Of a stretch of 64,000 bases of DNA, positions 44,607 through 54,234 are shown one piece after another. The translations under genes and the position numbers were made by a program. Positions within the stretch are counted from its first letter, which is position 1. The number at the start of each line of letters is the position of its first letter. The stretch covers positions 4,064,001 through 4,128,000 of the forward strand of contig OZ219926.1 of the NCBI GenBank assembly GCA_964291405.2, read 5' to 3'. The notes beneath the pieces are model-generated. The model saw nothing but the letters and a program-made list of their open reading frames with translations. It was not told the DNA's origin and did not search any database. This DNA is from Thermodesulfobacteriota bacterium. GTDB taxonomy: Bacteria > Desulfobacterota > Binatia > Bin18.

Positions 44607-46142
44607 TTAATAACCTTGGCGTGCAGTGCTGATGTCAGCGCTTTTTGCAGCTGCTCGCGCCAAGCCACGCAGAGAAAGGCGACGGTTCGGAGTACGCTGT
44701 AAGGAGATCTCGAACTGGGCCATCGCCTTTTGCGGCTGGCCAAGCTCAAGCAGGATTTCTCCATACAACTCGTGCGCGGGTTTGATTGGTATGGCTGCTC
44801 CATTGGGTAAACCGAGACTGTTTGCCATAGTCACGGCTTCGTCCATGAGGGCGACCGCTTCGTCGCCCTGGCCCTGTGCCAGACGGACCAGGGCTGCAAC
44901 CTCAAGACGCATAATAGTCAACGCCTGCTGGCGGTGTTTGGAGCGGGACGGCGGATCTTCCTGCTCCATTTCTCTTAACTTGGCTTCCGCCTGTTGAGCG
45001 ATTGCCACATCCCCCATGCGGACAGCACTCATGCCTGTTGCCATCAATTCATGCGCAGTCAGGTTGGAAGAAAGTGGCAGTTGCTCCCACCGTTCGCTTT
45101 CGACAATAGTGCGGGCCGTCATTTCTCCGACACCCTCCTTGACCCACCGGACGGTACTTTTCTCTGCCACCGGCCGCAGAAGCTCAATCGCCTGCTTTGC
45201 CTTGGTCCAGTCCGCCTGTTGCAGCGCCCCGTACTGGCCCCAATCCAAAGCGTGCCAGATATACACATCGTTAAAATAGCGCTGGGTCTCAGAAAAACTG
45301 TCTCGCTGCGGCCACTTTGCAAAAGCGGCGTGATAGGAGGCTTCATTGGAAGCAACCACTTCGGCCCACATGCCGCGCTGAATAAAAATATGCGAGGGCA
45401 TGTGTAAGGCATGGGAGACGTCCGGGGCGATTTGCGCGTAGCGTTCGGCTGCCGTCAGGGCCAGGGGCGCGTGAATAGGGTCATCGAAGGCGTGAATAAT
45501 ATAATGGGCCGCGCCCGGATGGTTCGGGTGTTTGCGAAACACCTCCTGGGCTATCGCACCCGCTTTCATCCGTACCCCAAACGTTGACTCTGCTCCCCAG
45601 GTGTCTCCAAGATAGCGGACCGTCCCCAGTAGAGCCACGGCGTAAAACGCTTGAAGCTCTTCGTCCTCAGGATATTGGGCAGCCAGCCGACCCATCGCCT
45701 CCGCGTAAGCAGATGCGCGCTCGGCACCCTCTCCCTCTCCATACAGAATCTCTACTGCGGCCAGTAAGCCGGCTTCACGTGGGGTAGGGGCTTTGGCTGC
45801 CCGCTCGGCCGGCGAAGAACCAAGACGGGCCAGCACGTTTCTCGGCGTTTCAAGGTCACGCGCAGGTTGGAGAGGATGATTGTGGCTCAGCGCCTCTCCC
45901 CAGTAGGCCAAGGCAAAGCCGGGCTCTATTTTCGCCGCCGCCTGGAACGCCTCCGCAGCGTCCTCGAACCCAAAATTATGCAGATATTTGACGCCCCGAA
46001 GGAAGTGTTCTTGGGCTGCTGCCGAACCGGAGGTCGGGAAATTCAGTTCTCCGAGTTGCTCGGCTCGGGCCTCTGGCGGACCGACAAAGACACTTGCGAG
46101 CAGGAATAGGACGATGACACCGTGCGTGATTCTTTGCCTCAT
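44607..46142 (-). CDS. Secreted TPR-like protein with His-rich motifs
   Basis: Signal peptide; AQEHFLRGVKYLHNF, HPGAAHYIIHAFD, HALHMPSHIF. Confidence 0.85.
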   Translation of the reverse strand: MRQRITHGVIVLFLLASVFVGPPEARAEQLGELNFPTSGSAAAQEHFLRGVKYLHNFGFEDAAEAFQAAAKIEPGFALAYWGEALSHNHPLQPARDLETPRNVLARLGSSPAERAAKAPTPREAGLLAAVEILYGEGEGAERASAYAEAMGRLAAQYPEDEELQAFYAVALLGTVRYLGDTWGAESTFGVRMKAGAIAQEVFRKHPNHPGAAHYIIHAFDDPIHAPLALTAAERYAQIAPDVSHALHMPSHIFIQRGMWAEVVASNEASYHAAFAKWPQRDSFSETQRYFNDVYIWHALDWGQYGALQQADWTKAKQAIELLRPVAEKSTVRWVKEGVGEMTARTIVESERWEQLPLSSNLTAHELMATGMSAVRMGDVAIAQQAEAKLREMEQEDPPSRSKHRQQALTIMRLEVAALVRLAQGQGDEAVALMDEAVTMANSLGLPNGAAIPIKPAHELYGEILLELGQPQKAMAQFEISLQRTPNRRLSLRGLARAAAKSADISTARQGY

Positions 46143-46235
46143 GATTCACCTTCCTTAACGTCCAGTTGTCTCAAAACATCATAGAGTTCCTCTGATCAAC
46201 CCGCTATATAGGCTAAAAGAGAAAAGGAGAACATC

Positions 46236-46655
46236 ATGGCAGCGGACGTACAGAGTTTGGAAACGGCCTTTCGCGCCTGGAATGCCGGGCTCAATACCAG
46301 CGACTTGGACGCCTTCTGGCAGGCGTTCCACGAGGAGGCGGAAATTCTGGACGAAGACTTTCCGTGGCGTATGGACCTGGACGACTTCAAGGACCATATT
46401 GCCTTCCACGCCGGCGGGAAGGGGATGTGGGAGTCGTTTGAATGGAAGCCGCGCGAAATGCACTTCAAGGTGTTTGGGGATACCGGCCATGTCAGCGGCT
46501 TTTCGACGTTTCGGGGCAAACCGCGCGATGCCGGTTTCCGCCAGCGCTTTATGGGTTTTACCCTGACCTGGGTGTATCGGGATGGAGCCTGGAAGCTGGT
46601 CTGCTGGCACCAGAGCCCCTTAATCGGACGGATACTCGAAGCGTCGCCGAGCTAG
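46236..46655 (+). CDS. NTF2/SnoaL-like (DUF4440) protein
   Basis: AAGGAG precedes the ATG; KVFGDTGHV, DGAWKLVCWHQS. Confidence 0.87.
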   Translation: MAADVQSLETAFRAWNAGLNTSDLDAFWQAFHEEAEILDEDFPWRMDLDDFKDHIAFHAGGKGMWESFEWKPREMHFKVFGDTGHVSGFSTFRGKPRDAGFRQRFMGFTLTWVYRDGAWKLVCWHQSPLIGRILEASPS

Positions 46656-46715
46656 GAACAGTCCGGAGAACCCACCCCGCCGTTCCGCGGCACCCTTCCC
46701 AAGAGGGGATTTCCC

Positions 46716-46743
46716 GTAGGGGCAATTCATGAATTGCCCCTAC
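46716..46743. repeat. REP-like perfect 28-bp palindrome
   Basis: GTAGGGGCAATTCATGAATTGCCCCTAC between convergent genes. Confidence 0.8.
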
Positions 46744-46744
46744 A

Positions 46745-47902
46745 TCAATATATGGCCGCCTCCACCCGTTCCCGCAGGCCGCGCAGACGATTGACGGGCT
46801 CGTTTGAGAAGACAAAGCGGACAAAGTTTGCGCTCCGCTCGCTGCCCCAGCCCGTCATGGCCGTTGCCGCGATTTTTCCTTTCTCCAACAAACGCTGAGA
46901 GGCCTCTGCGCCTGTCAGGCCAAAACCCGAGACATCCAGCAGCATGGACCAGCCGCCTTCGGGCTTGACGATGGGGAAACCCTCAAGTTCGTGCAGAATC
47001 GTATCTCGCCGGTGCTGCCATTCCACACTGGCCGCAGCAATATCAGTGTAGGGTGCTTGCAGCGCCACGGTTGCCGCGGCTTGAGCGATGCCGACCGGGC
47101 AGACCACGTTGGAGATATTCACCAAGCCGATATCATCGATAATGGCGGGTGGGGCAACGATCCAGCCGACCCGCCAGCCTATCATCCGGTACTCCTTGGA
47201 CACCGCACCAACCGTAATGGTCCGCTGGGCCATACCGGGGAACGAGGCCGGGTGCATGGAGTCCAGGCCGTCGAACAGAATGCGTTCCATGGCGCTGTCA
47301 TACAGCAGCCAGGCGTCGGCGTCCCGACAGGCCACGCAGATGCTGTCCCAATCCTGGCGCGTAAAGACGGCGCCGGTCGGCATGGAGGGGCTCATCATCA
47401 GTAGGACTTTTGTTTTGGGGGTCACGACCTGCCGCAACCGGTCACGGTCTAAACGCCAGACGCCGTCTTCAATCCGGTACGGAGCAAAAACCGGGACACC
47501 GCCAGCCAGCCGCACGCGGTTGACCAGACCAATATAGATCGGGTCGGTAAGGATGACCTCATCTCCGGGCTCAAGCAGAGCCAACAGCACGTTGAGAATG
47601 CCGTTCAAGCCGCCGGCACTGACAATGGTGGAATTCTGCCAATTATACTCCACACCCGAGAGGCGACTGACGAGGGCGGCGGCCGCCTGCCGTAGAGTGT
47701 CGGCACCCAGAAACGGCAGATAGCTGTTGGCGTCGTCTTCCCCTACCGCCCGCCGGGTCGCTTCTTCCACTCCGGGCGGCGGCCGCAGGTCGGTGTCGAG
47801 ATTCTCCAGACGCAGTATCGCTCCGTCCTGGGACTGGTCCGCCAGATTACCCATGCGGTCAACCCCAATCCCGGCCATTCCGGCCAATCTGCTCACTGGC
47901 AT
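46745..47902 (-). CDS. PLP-dependent aminotransferase class I/II
   Basis: PSMPTG, YDSAME, SKEYRMIGWRVGW (PLP lysine). Confidence 0.93.
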   Translation of the reverse strand: MPVSRLAGMAGIGVDRMGNLADQSQDGAILRLENLDTDLRPPPGVEEATRRAVGEDDANSYLPFLGADTLRQAAAALVSRLSGVEYNWQNSTIVSAGGLNGILNVLLALLEPGDEVILTDPIYIGLVNRVRLAGGVPVFAPYRIEDGVWRLDRDRLRQVVTPKTKVLLMMSPSMPTGAVFTRQDWDSICVACRDADAWLLYDSAMERILFDGLDSMHPASFPGMAQRTITVGAVSKEYRMIGWRVGWIVAPPAIIDDIGLVNISNVVCPVGIAQAAATVALQAPYTDIAAASVEWQHRRDTILHELEGFPIVKPEGGWSMLLDVSGFGLTGAEASQRLLEKGKIAATAMTGWGSERSANFVRFVFSNEPVNRLRGLRERVEAAIY

Positions 47903-48009
47903 ACTGCTCCTCCTATCGCCCTGTAGAGACGACTGTTTGCATAGCGCCTTTTCGGATAGAATACAGCCCGACTGAGCTAAGACTATGGGAAGACGGGAAA
48001 GGATACACC

Positions 48010-49110
48010 ATGAAATTCGGAGGTTCGCTGATTTGTCAGAACTATTTTCGGTCGCCCCGACCGGACCATGAGATTTACGCCGAAGACCTGGCTCTGGCCG
48101 AAATGTACGAGGACCTCGGATTCGATATGGTCTGGTCGGTGGAGCATCACTTCACGGACTATGAACTCATTCCCGACCCGGTGCAGATGCTAAGTTATGT
48201 GTGCGGACGGACCAAGAAGATCGGACTGGGCACGTTTGTGATCGTGCTGCCCTGGCACGACCCGGTGCGGGTCGCCGAGCAGATTGCCATGCTGGATAAT
48301 TTTGCGCGCGGACGCGAGCTGCTGCTGGGCTTCGGGCGCGGTGCCGCCCAGGTGGAGTACGACGGCTTTCGGGTCTCGATGAGCGAGGCGCGCGAGCGTC
48401 TGATCGAGAGTATTGAGGTCGTGAAGTGCGCCCTCGGACAGGACCGTTTTTCCTTTGCAGGCAAATATTTCAATATCCCGGAGATGCGCATTCGCCCGCG
48501 CCCGGTCAGTTCAGACCTGACCGGACGGATGTACGGGGCCATTATCAGCCCCGAGACTGGCGAGATCATGGCGCGGGCTGGCTTGGGCATGCTGATCATC
48601 CCCCAGAAGAGTTGGGCCGACCACCTGAAGGACTATGAGGCATATCAGGCGGCGTGTGCCAGATTCGGCACTACGGCGCGGCGGCCAATTATTACCGCCT
48701 GGATCTATTGCTCCGAGGAGGAGTCGGCCCAGGAAGATGGGCGGAAGTGGATCATGGACTATGCCGACACCGCCGTGCAGCATTACGCCTTTGACGAACC
48801 CGAGCATTTCCGCGCCGCCAAAGGCTACGAGACCTATGCCGAGCTTGCCGAAGCTAGCCAGCAGCAGGCCAACGCCTTTCAGCAGGAGTTTGCCAAAACG
48901 CAGATCTTTGGCACCCCGGAGCAATGTATTGCTGCCATTCAAGAGCTGCGCCAAGCCATGAACCCGAGTCAGTTTGTCGGTGTGTTCAAGTACGGCAGCC
49001 TGCCCAACGACCTGGCCGTCCGCAGCACCGAGTTGTTTGCGTCACAGGTGATGCCGGTTCTCCGGGCGGATGACACTGCAACCCAGGAGCAGCCGGCAGC
49101 CGCCCTCTGA
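48010..49110 (+). CDS. LLM-class (LuxA-like) oxidoreductase
   Basis: VEHHF, LPWHDPVRVAEQIAMLD, GFGRG, FGTPEQC. Confidence 0.93.
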   Translation: MKFGGSLICQNYFRSPRPDHEIYAEDLALAEMYEDLGFDMVWSVEHHFTDYELIPDPVQMLSYVCGRTKKIGLGTFVIVLPWHDPVRVAEQIAMLDNFARGRELLLGFGRGAAQVEYDGFRVSMSEARERLIESIEVVKCALGQDRFSFAGKYFNIPEMRIRPRPVSSDLTGRMYGAIISPETGEIMARAGLGMLIIPQKSWADHLKDYEAYQAACARFGTTARRPIITAWIYCSEEESAQEDGRKWIMDYADTAVQHYAFDEPEHFRAAKGYETYAELAEASQQQANAFQQEFAKTQIFGTPEQCIAAIQELRQAMNPSQFVGVFKYGSLPNDLAVRSTELFASQVMPVLRADDTATQEQPAAAL

Positions 49111-49204
49111 GGCCCGGAGACTCCTTCTATTGCCGAGTGGAGAGCCGAATGAACTCTCTAGCGCAGTTTCCTCCGTGGTGTAGCGAGGTGCTCTCCAGAG
49201 TTCC

Positions 49205-49256
49205 GTAGGGTGCATCCCATGCACCACCTTTCCCCGGTGCGCAGGGCGCACCCTAC
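49205..49256. repeat. Inverted REP doublet (REPIN-like)
   Basis: GTAGGGTGCATCCCATGCACC...GGTGCGCAGGGCGCACCCTAC. Confidence 0.8.
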
Positions 49257-49287
49257 TTATCAGGAAACGCGCGGAGGCCGGTGGACG

Positions 49288-49689
49288 CTACACTAATGTG
49301 AATTTTGCTCTAGGAGGGAGAATCAGGACTCCTCCCACCGTCTGACCGTAATACGACCCGAAGTCTGTTCTGTCTCCGGTAATAAGATAACGACAGTGCG
49401 CGGCTATCGCCGCTGCCAGGATAGGCCGATCTTTTGCCTTGAGATCAATCGTTTTTGGCAGGTCCGGAAACTGGGCTGGATCGCTTATGATCCTCGTTTG
49501 CATGAGGAGATCCTGGAGAGCGGAGAGTCGGTCAGGTTTGGCAAGGGTGATATTCCGAGTTGCTTCTTCTGCTGCACAGGCAGAAGTCACGAACTCCACG
49601 TCTGAGAGATGCCATAACTTGGTCAGCGATGCGTTCGTCTTATAGGCCGCAGAGAAGAGGACGTTGGCATCGAGAAAGGCCCGTTCCAC
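49288..49689 (-). CDS. PIN-domain toxin (VapC-like)
   Basis: FLDANVLFSA, KDRPILAAA, LITGD. Confidence 0.9.
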   Translation of the reverse strand: MERAFLDANVLFSAAYKTNASLTKLWHLSDVEFVTSACAAEEATRNITLAKPDRLSALQDLLMQTRIISDPAQFPDLPKTIDLKAKDRPILAAAIAAHCRYLITGDRTDFGSYYGQTVGGVLILPPRAKFTLV

Positions 49690-49692
49690 GGC

Positions 49693-49992
49693 TCAGTCCG
49701 CTGAGAGCCTGTGATGAGGAATTTTATTCGGGTCAAGACCGAGCTTCCGTACCTCTTGGATCGCCTCTGCATAATCGTCTGCGTCAACGGCGTTTGACAA
49801 CAGGAATTCTGCTCTGCGCTCTGGAGTGTAAATTTCAACGGGAGTCACGACGGCAGGACGAATAAGAATGCCCTCGGCACACTCCTCAGCAATCACAAAG
49901 GAGCCTTCTTCGATCCCAAAACGACGCCGGAGGCGAACCGGCAGGACGACCGTCCCCCGTTTTCCTACTTTGCTGGTTTCAGTAGTTCCCAT
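49693..49992 (-). CDS. AbrB/MazE-family antitoxin (VapB-like)
   Basis: KVGKRGTVVLPVRLRRRFGIEEG...GILIRP; 3 nt upstream of the PIN gene. Confidence 0.9.
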   Translation of the reverse strand: MGTTETSKVGKRGTVVLPVRLRRRFGIEEGSFVIAEECAEGILIRPAVVTPVEIYTPERRAEFLLSNAVDADDYAEAIQEVRKLGLDPNKIPHHRLSAD

Positions 49993-50011
49993 AATCTTTT
50001 CTCGCCTGATA

Positions 50012-50055
50012 TTCAGACTTTCAGACATTCTATACCTTTCCGAGGAGTATAACAA
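50012..50055 (-). promoter_or_regulatory. Toxin-antitoxin promoter with tandem operator repeats
   Basis: TTGTTA-17 nt-TAGAAT, immediately followed by GTCTGAA-A-GTCTGAA. Confidence 0.6.
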
Positions 50056-50159
50056 TATAAACCCAACACAACAGCCGTCCGCGCGCTCTGTTTCATCCTC
50101 ACCTTTTTTCGGATCGGTAGGGAATCATTGTGACAAGAAGAAATCATGAGCGGTCTTCA

Positions 50160-51281
50160 TCAAATCCCATAGAACGCAGCGCCATTCGCTCCCAGGATTT
50201 TATCGACCGACTGGGTTGGCAGCGCGGAGAGCAGCTCTCGCATGGTCTCCACCGGTTTGGTAAAGCCCTCGGCGTGGGGGTAGTCCGAGCCCACAAAGAA
50301 TTTCTCGTCCCCGGCAAACTGGACGATATACGGTAGCAGCTTTTCACTTGGGTCGGCGTTGATCCAGATATTGCGGGCCAGATATTCTCGAATCGGACGC
50401 TTCATCTGCGAGGTGTGGCGCATGTATTGGTAGCGGTAGTCAAAACGCTCAATCCACTCCCCAACCCAACTGCCCATAGATTCCACGGTTGCCGCGCGCA
50501 ATGTAGGAAAGCGCTCAAACACGCCGTCATACACCATGGTGCTCAGCGACATGCGGGGGTCCTGGATCACATTCATGGAAATAAACATGAAGCCGGGGTT
50601 GCGATTTTTATACCAGGCGCTACCGAGATACTCCTTGTTGCCGGCCGGGTGAATGCTGACGGCGATATTGCAATCCTGAGCGGCTGCCCAGAGCGGATCG
50701 TAATCCGGGTGGCCGAAACTTTTCCCATTTATGGGCGCGGAGCCGATCATGATTGAATGTGCGCCGAGTTTGGCCACGCGTTGGATCTCCTGCACGGCTA
50801 GCGTTGGCTCACGGAGCGAGATATGGGCCGCGGGAAAGAGGCGGTCACGATGGCCGGCGCTGATCTCAAACGCCCAGGTGTTATAGGCCCGACAGAGGGC
50901 CGCGGCGAGCTGCGGGTCCTGGACTTCGCCTTCCCATAACAGGCCCAGAGTGGGATAGAGGACCTGATAATCAATGCCCTCAGCGTCCAGAAATTGCATA
51001 CGCTTGTCCATGTCCTGCCAGGCACCGCCCTCGTATAGGGACTGGTCAAACTCGTTGAGCGCGCTCCCATCTTCCTTCTGCCCATAACCGACGACGATGC
51101 TGAGCATCTCGTCGATTTCGCTCCCTAACCGCATGGATTTATTATCCACCACCATACGCAGCTTGCCGCTGGCGCTATCCTGCTCCACGTGCATGGCCCG
51201 CTCGCGGTAGGTTGGCTCAATATACTGGAGGTATAAATTCAGCGGTTCGATCAAGTGACTGTCGCCATCGACGATTTTCAT
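50160..51281 (-). CDS. Amidohydrolase_2 family protein
   Basis: DGDSHLIEP, CRAYN, GVFERFP, GSDYPHAEG. Confidence 0.93.
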   Translation of the reverse strand: MKIVDGDSHLIEPLNLYLQYIEPTYRERAMHVEQDSASGKLRMVVDNKSMRLGSEIDEMLSIVVGYGQKEDGSALNEFDQSLYEGGAWQDMDKRMQFLDAEGIDYQVLYPTLGLLWEGEVQDPQLAAALCRAYNTWAFEISAGHRDRLFPAAHISLREPTLAVQEIQRVAKLGAHSIMIGSAPINGKSFGHPDYDPLWAAAQDCNIAVSIHPAGNKEYLGSAWYKNRNPGFMFISMNVIQDPRMSLSTMVYDGVFERFPTLRAATVESMGSWVGEWIERFDYRYQYMRHTSQMKRPIREYLARNIWINADPSEKLLPYIVQFAGDEKFFVGSDYPHAEGFTKPVETMRELLSALPTQSVDKILGANGAAFYGI

Positions 51282-51356
51282 ACTGGGCTCCTCTTCTCTT
51301 TACCGCAGGAACGACTCTACCCTCTTCTAGGACGTGCTGAAAGATAAGGACTCAGC

Positions 51357-52121
51357 TCAAAGCTGCTCCTGCAAAAATCGATTGATGACCGTGGCGACGT
51401 AGACCGGCGCTTCCTGCTGCGGGTAGTGGCCGGCATTGCGGCAGACAGCCATTTCGGCGTTGGGGTACCAGGTGAGAAAGGTCTCTTTTGTTATCGCCTC
51501 GGTGAACGGCTCCATGTCGAACTCGCCAATGATGATGAGCATGGGCGTGGTATTGCCCTTCATCTGGTCGAGAAAGCCTTGGGTGGCCAGGCTCTTCAAA
51601 TAGCCGGCCTGGGCTTCTTTGCTGCGGGTTGAGCGGGTCTGCCGGATTTTGAAGTCGAGCCATTCCCGGCATAGCCGGTTACCGGTCAGGACGTCGAAGG
51701 CTTGGGCCAGGGCGTCGTTGTCGGTGATCGAGTCGGTGATGACGGCCAGGCCCTCGGGAGAAAAACGTAAGCCGGTCGCCGCAACCGGCGTGTTGAGGAT
51801 CGCCGACTTGACGCGCTCGCCGCCGTCCAAGACGACCCTCTGGGCCAGCATGCCGCTCATGGAATGGCCGACGATGTGGAACCGCTGCCAGCCCAGATTG
51901 TCGGCCAGGGCAAGGATGTCGGACGCGGCTTCCACCGGCGTATATTCGCCGGGAATGTGGCGCGACGCGCCGTAGCCGCGTACCTCAACGAACGCGAAAG
52001 TAAAATTCCTGGTGTCAAAAAAATTACGGGCGAACGCCCAGGTGTCCCGGCAGCCGTAGAAGTCGTGCATGACGATAACGCCTTCCGGGCCGCCGCCGTA
52101 CAGTTCGTGACCAATAATCAT
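51357..52121 (-). CDS. Alpha/beta hydrolase
   Basis: RGYGAS, GHSMSG nucleophile elbow, GEFD, AGHYP. Confidence 0.92.
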   Translation of the reverse strand: MIIGHELYGGGPEGVIVMHDFYGCRDTWAFARNFFDTRNFTFAFVEVRGYGASRHIPGEYTPVEAASDILALADNLGWQRFHIVGHSMSGMLAQRVVLDGGERVKSAILNTPVAATGLRFSPEGLAVITDSITDNDALAQAFDVLTGNRLCREWLDFKIRQTRSTRSKEAQAGYLKSLATQGFLDQMKGNTTPMLIIIGEFDMEPFTEAITKETFLTWYPNAEMAVCRNAGHYPQQEAPVYVATVINRFLQEQL

Positions 52122-52158
52122 GAGTGATGCCCTCCTGTGTGTTGCAGATGGATATAGC

Positions 52159-53673
52159 TCACAGTTGCTTCCAGTCGCCAGCCCGCTCAAAGGCATGGGC
52201 CGCACGGTAGACGGTCAGTTCATCGAAATGCCGGCCCACCAGCATCAGCCCCACGGGAAGATCGTTGACCGCCCCGCATGGGAGCGAGAGCGCCGGATGG
52301 CCGGTGAGGTCAAAGGCCGGGGTGTTGGGCACCATTTCAAGAGCGCGGGCGACAATTTCCGATGCGGGAGCGTCCGGTGCCGGAATTGCAGGAGCGGTCA
52401 TGGGGAGCGTTGGCATGAGTAAGAGGTCGTGTTCCTTGAGTACCGCGTCGTAGGCTGCGGTCAGGCGTGGCCGGAGATTTTGGGCCTTCGCATAGTACAG
52501 GCCCCCATAGGCCTGTGTCATATACTCTCCTGTGAGCAGCACCAGTTTCGTTTGGGGTCCGAATTTATGCGTGTGGTCGCGCCAGTGCGCATGGGAGCGC
52601 ATCAGGCTGGGGACATAGCTGCCCGCACGGTTTTTGCCATAGCCGTTGTCGTGCATCATCGAAACGACCAGCCCTTCTACGTAAATCGGCGTCCAAATCG
52701 CAGCGCTCACCCGATGCAGAGGAATCGACACGACGGAGACCGACGCGCCCAGCGCCTCGTATGTCTTGGCTGCGGCCCGGACTTTTTCATCCACCTGCGG
52801 GTCAGAATTCGCATGGCCGAAACCCTCCTGTACGAGCGCGACTTTCAGGCCCGTAACTGGTTCTCCGAGCGCGGTGGTATACCGTTCGGCCGTGCAGTCA
52901 GGTTGCACCGGGTCGAGTCCGTCGGAGCCGGCCAACACTTCGAGGAGGGTGGCATTGTCGGCGACATCTTTCGTCATGGGACCGATGTAATCGATGGTCA
53001 TGTCGATCGGCATTGCCCCGGTATACGGCACAAGGCCAAAGGTGGCCTTCATGCCAACAATGCCGCAGAACGACGCCGGTATACGGCACGAGCCACCATG
53101 GTCTGTCCCGACTGCCAGGTCTACCTCGTCGGCGGCCACGAGCGCGCCGCAGCCCGAGGAGGAGCCCCCGGCCGTATGGCCGTGTTTATACGGGTTATGA
53201 ATTGGCCCGGTGGCATTGGTATGACTCCCGCCCGAGGTGCAAAAATATTCGCTATGCGCCTTACCGGCGACAATCCCGCCAGCATCGAGGACACGGGTGA
53301 CCACCGTGGCGTCGACGTCGGGGATATAGCCTTCAAGCGTCGAGGAACCGTTCATCATGGGAACCCCGGCAACCATGATGTTGTCCTTAAAGACGACTCG
53401 CCGCCCACTCAGCGGACCCTGGGTGGCACCCGAGATATGCGTTTGCCAATACCAGGCGTTATACGGATTATCCTCCGGGCTGGGACGATGGCCGGACGTC
53501 CGAGGATATTTCACCGGCGGAAGATCGTCCGGCAGCGCATCCAGGGCTTCGTAGATGCGGAGGTTGCCGTCGATCAACTCCGCGAACTCCTGGGCCTCGG
53601 CAGCCTCGATATCCATAAAGACGTGCTCGCCTAGGCGTTGTATTTCCTGTGCGCTCGGTCGTGTAATACCCAT
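52159..53673 (-). CDS. Amidase signature family enzyme
   Basis: KDN, GGSSSG, GTDHGGSCRIPAS, TGHPALS. Confidence 0.95.
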   Translation of the reverse strand: MGITRPSAQEIQRLGEHVFMDIEAAEAQEFAELIDGNLRIYEALDALPDDLPPVKYPRTSGHRPSPEDNPYNAWYWQTHISGATQGPLSGRRVVFKDNIMVAGVPMMNGSSTLEGYIPDVDATVVTRVLDAGGIVAGKAHSEYFCTSGGSHTNATGPIHNPYKHGHTAGGSSSGCGALVAADEVDLAVGTDHGGSCRIPASFCGIVGMKATFGLVPYTGAMPIDMTIDYIGPMTKDVADNATLLEVLAGSDGLDPVQPDCTAERYTTALGEPVTGLKVALVQEGFGHANSDPQVDEKVRAAAKTYEALGASVSVVSIPLHRVSAAIWTPIYVEGLVVSMMHDNGYGKNRAGSYVPSLMRSHAHWRDHTHKFGPQTKLVLLTGEYMTQAYGGLYYAKAQNLRPRLTAAYDAVLKEHDLLLMPTLPMTAPAIPAPDAPASEIVARALEMVPNTPAFDLTGHPALSLPCGAVNDLPVGLMLVGRHFDELTVYRAAHAFERAGDWKQL

Positions 53674-53778
53674 GCCCGTGCCCCATATACGTGATGAAGG
53701 ATGCAGTGATAGTATCAGCCCTGGTTCTCGGGTCGCTACGGCCCGGGATGGCAATCAACCCCGATGGAGGACGCGCGT

Positions 53779-54165
53779 ATGTCTGACACAAACGAAGTTA
53801 CCCCTGAATTTCTGGCGAATTTCACCCAGGCCTGGAACGACAAAGACCTCGACAAGCTGATGGAGCATATGGCCGACGGCTGTGTGTTCATGGCCTCCGT
53901 CGGCACCGAAACCGAAGGGACCAAGTGGGAGGGGAGAGAAGAAGTCCGCCAGGGCTTTGCCAGTCTATGGGAGGGCTATCCGGATGCCCACTTCGAGCCG
54001 GTGGGTAGAGACTTTATTGTGGGCAATCGGGGGGTATGTGAGTGGATATTTACCGGGACCAGGGTATCAGATGGGATGAAGGTGAGGGCGCGCGGGTGTG
54101 ATGTGCTGACCTTTAAGGACGGTAAAATCCTGGTCAAGAACTCGATGCGCAAACAACGCCCGTAG
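53779..54165 (+). CDS. NTF2/SnoaL-like protein
   Basis: GGAGG precedes the ATG; AWNDKDLD, PDAHF, GCDVLTFKDGKI. Confidence 0.9.
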   Translation: MSDTNEVTPEFLANFTQAWNDKDLDKLMEHMADGCVFMASVGTETEGTKWEGREEVRQGFASLWEGYPDAHFEPVGRDFIVGNRGVCEWIFTGTRVSDGMKVRARGCDVLTFKDGKILVKNSMRKQRP

Positions 54166-54234
54166 CCAAAGCTGATATCGACCCTCTCCCACCGGGATGG
54201 GGTATTCGGAGCGGAGCGAAACTCGACCGCTCGC

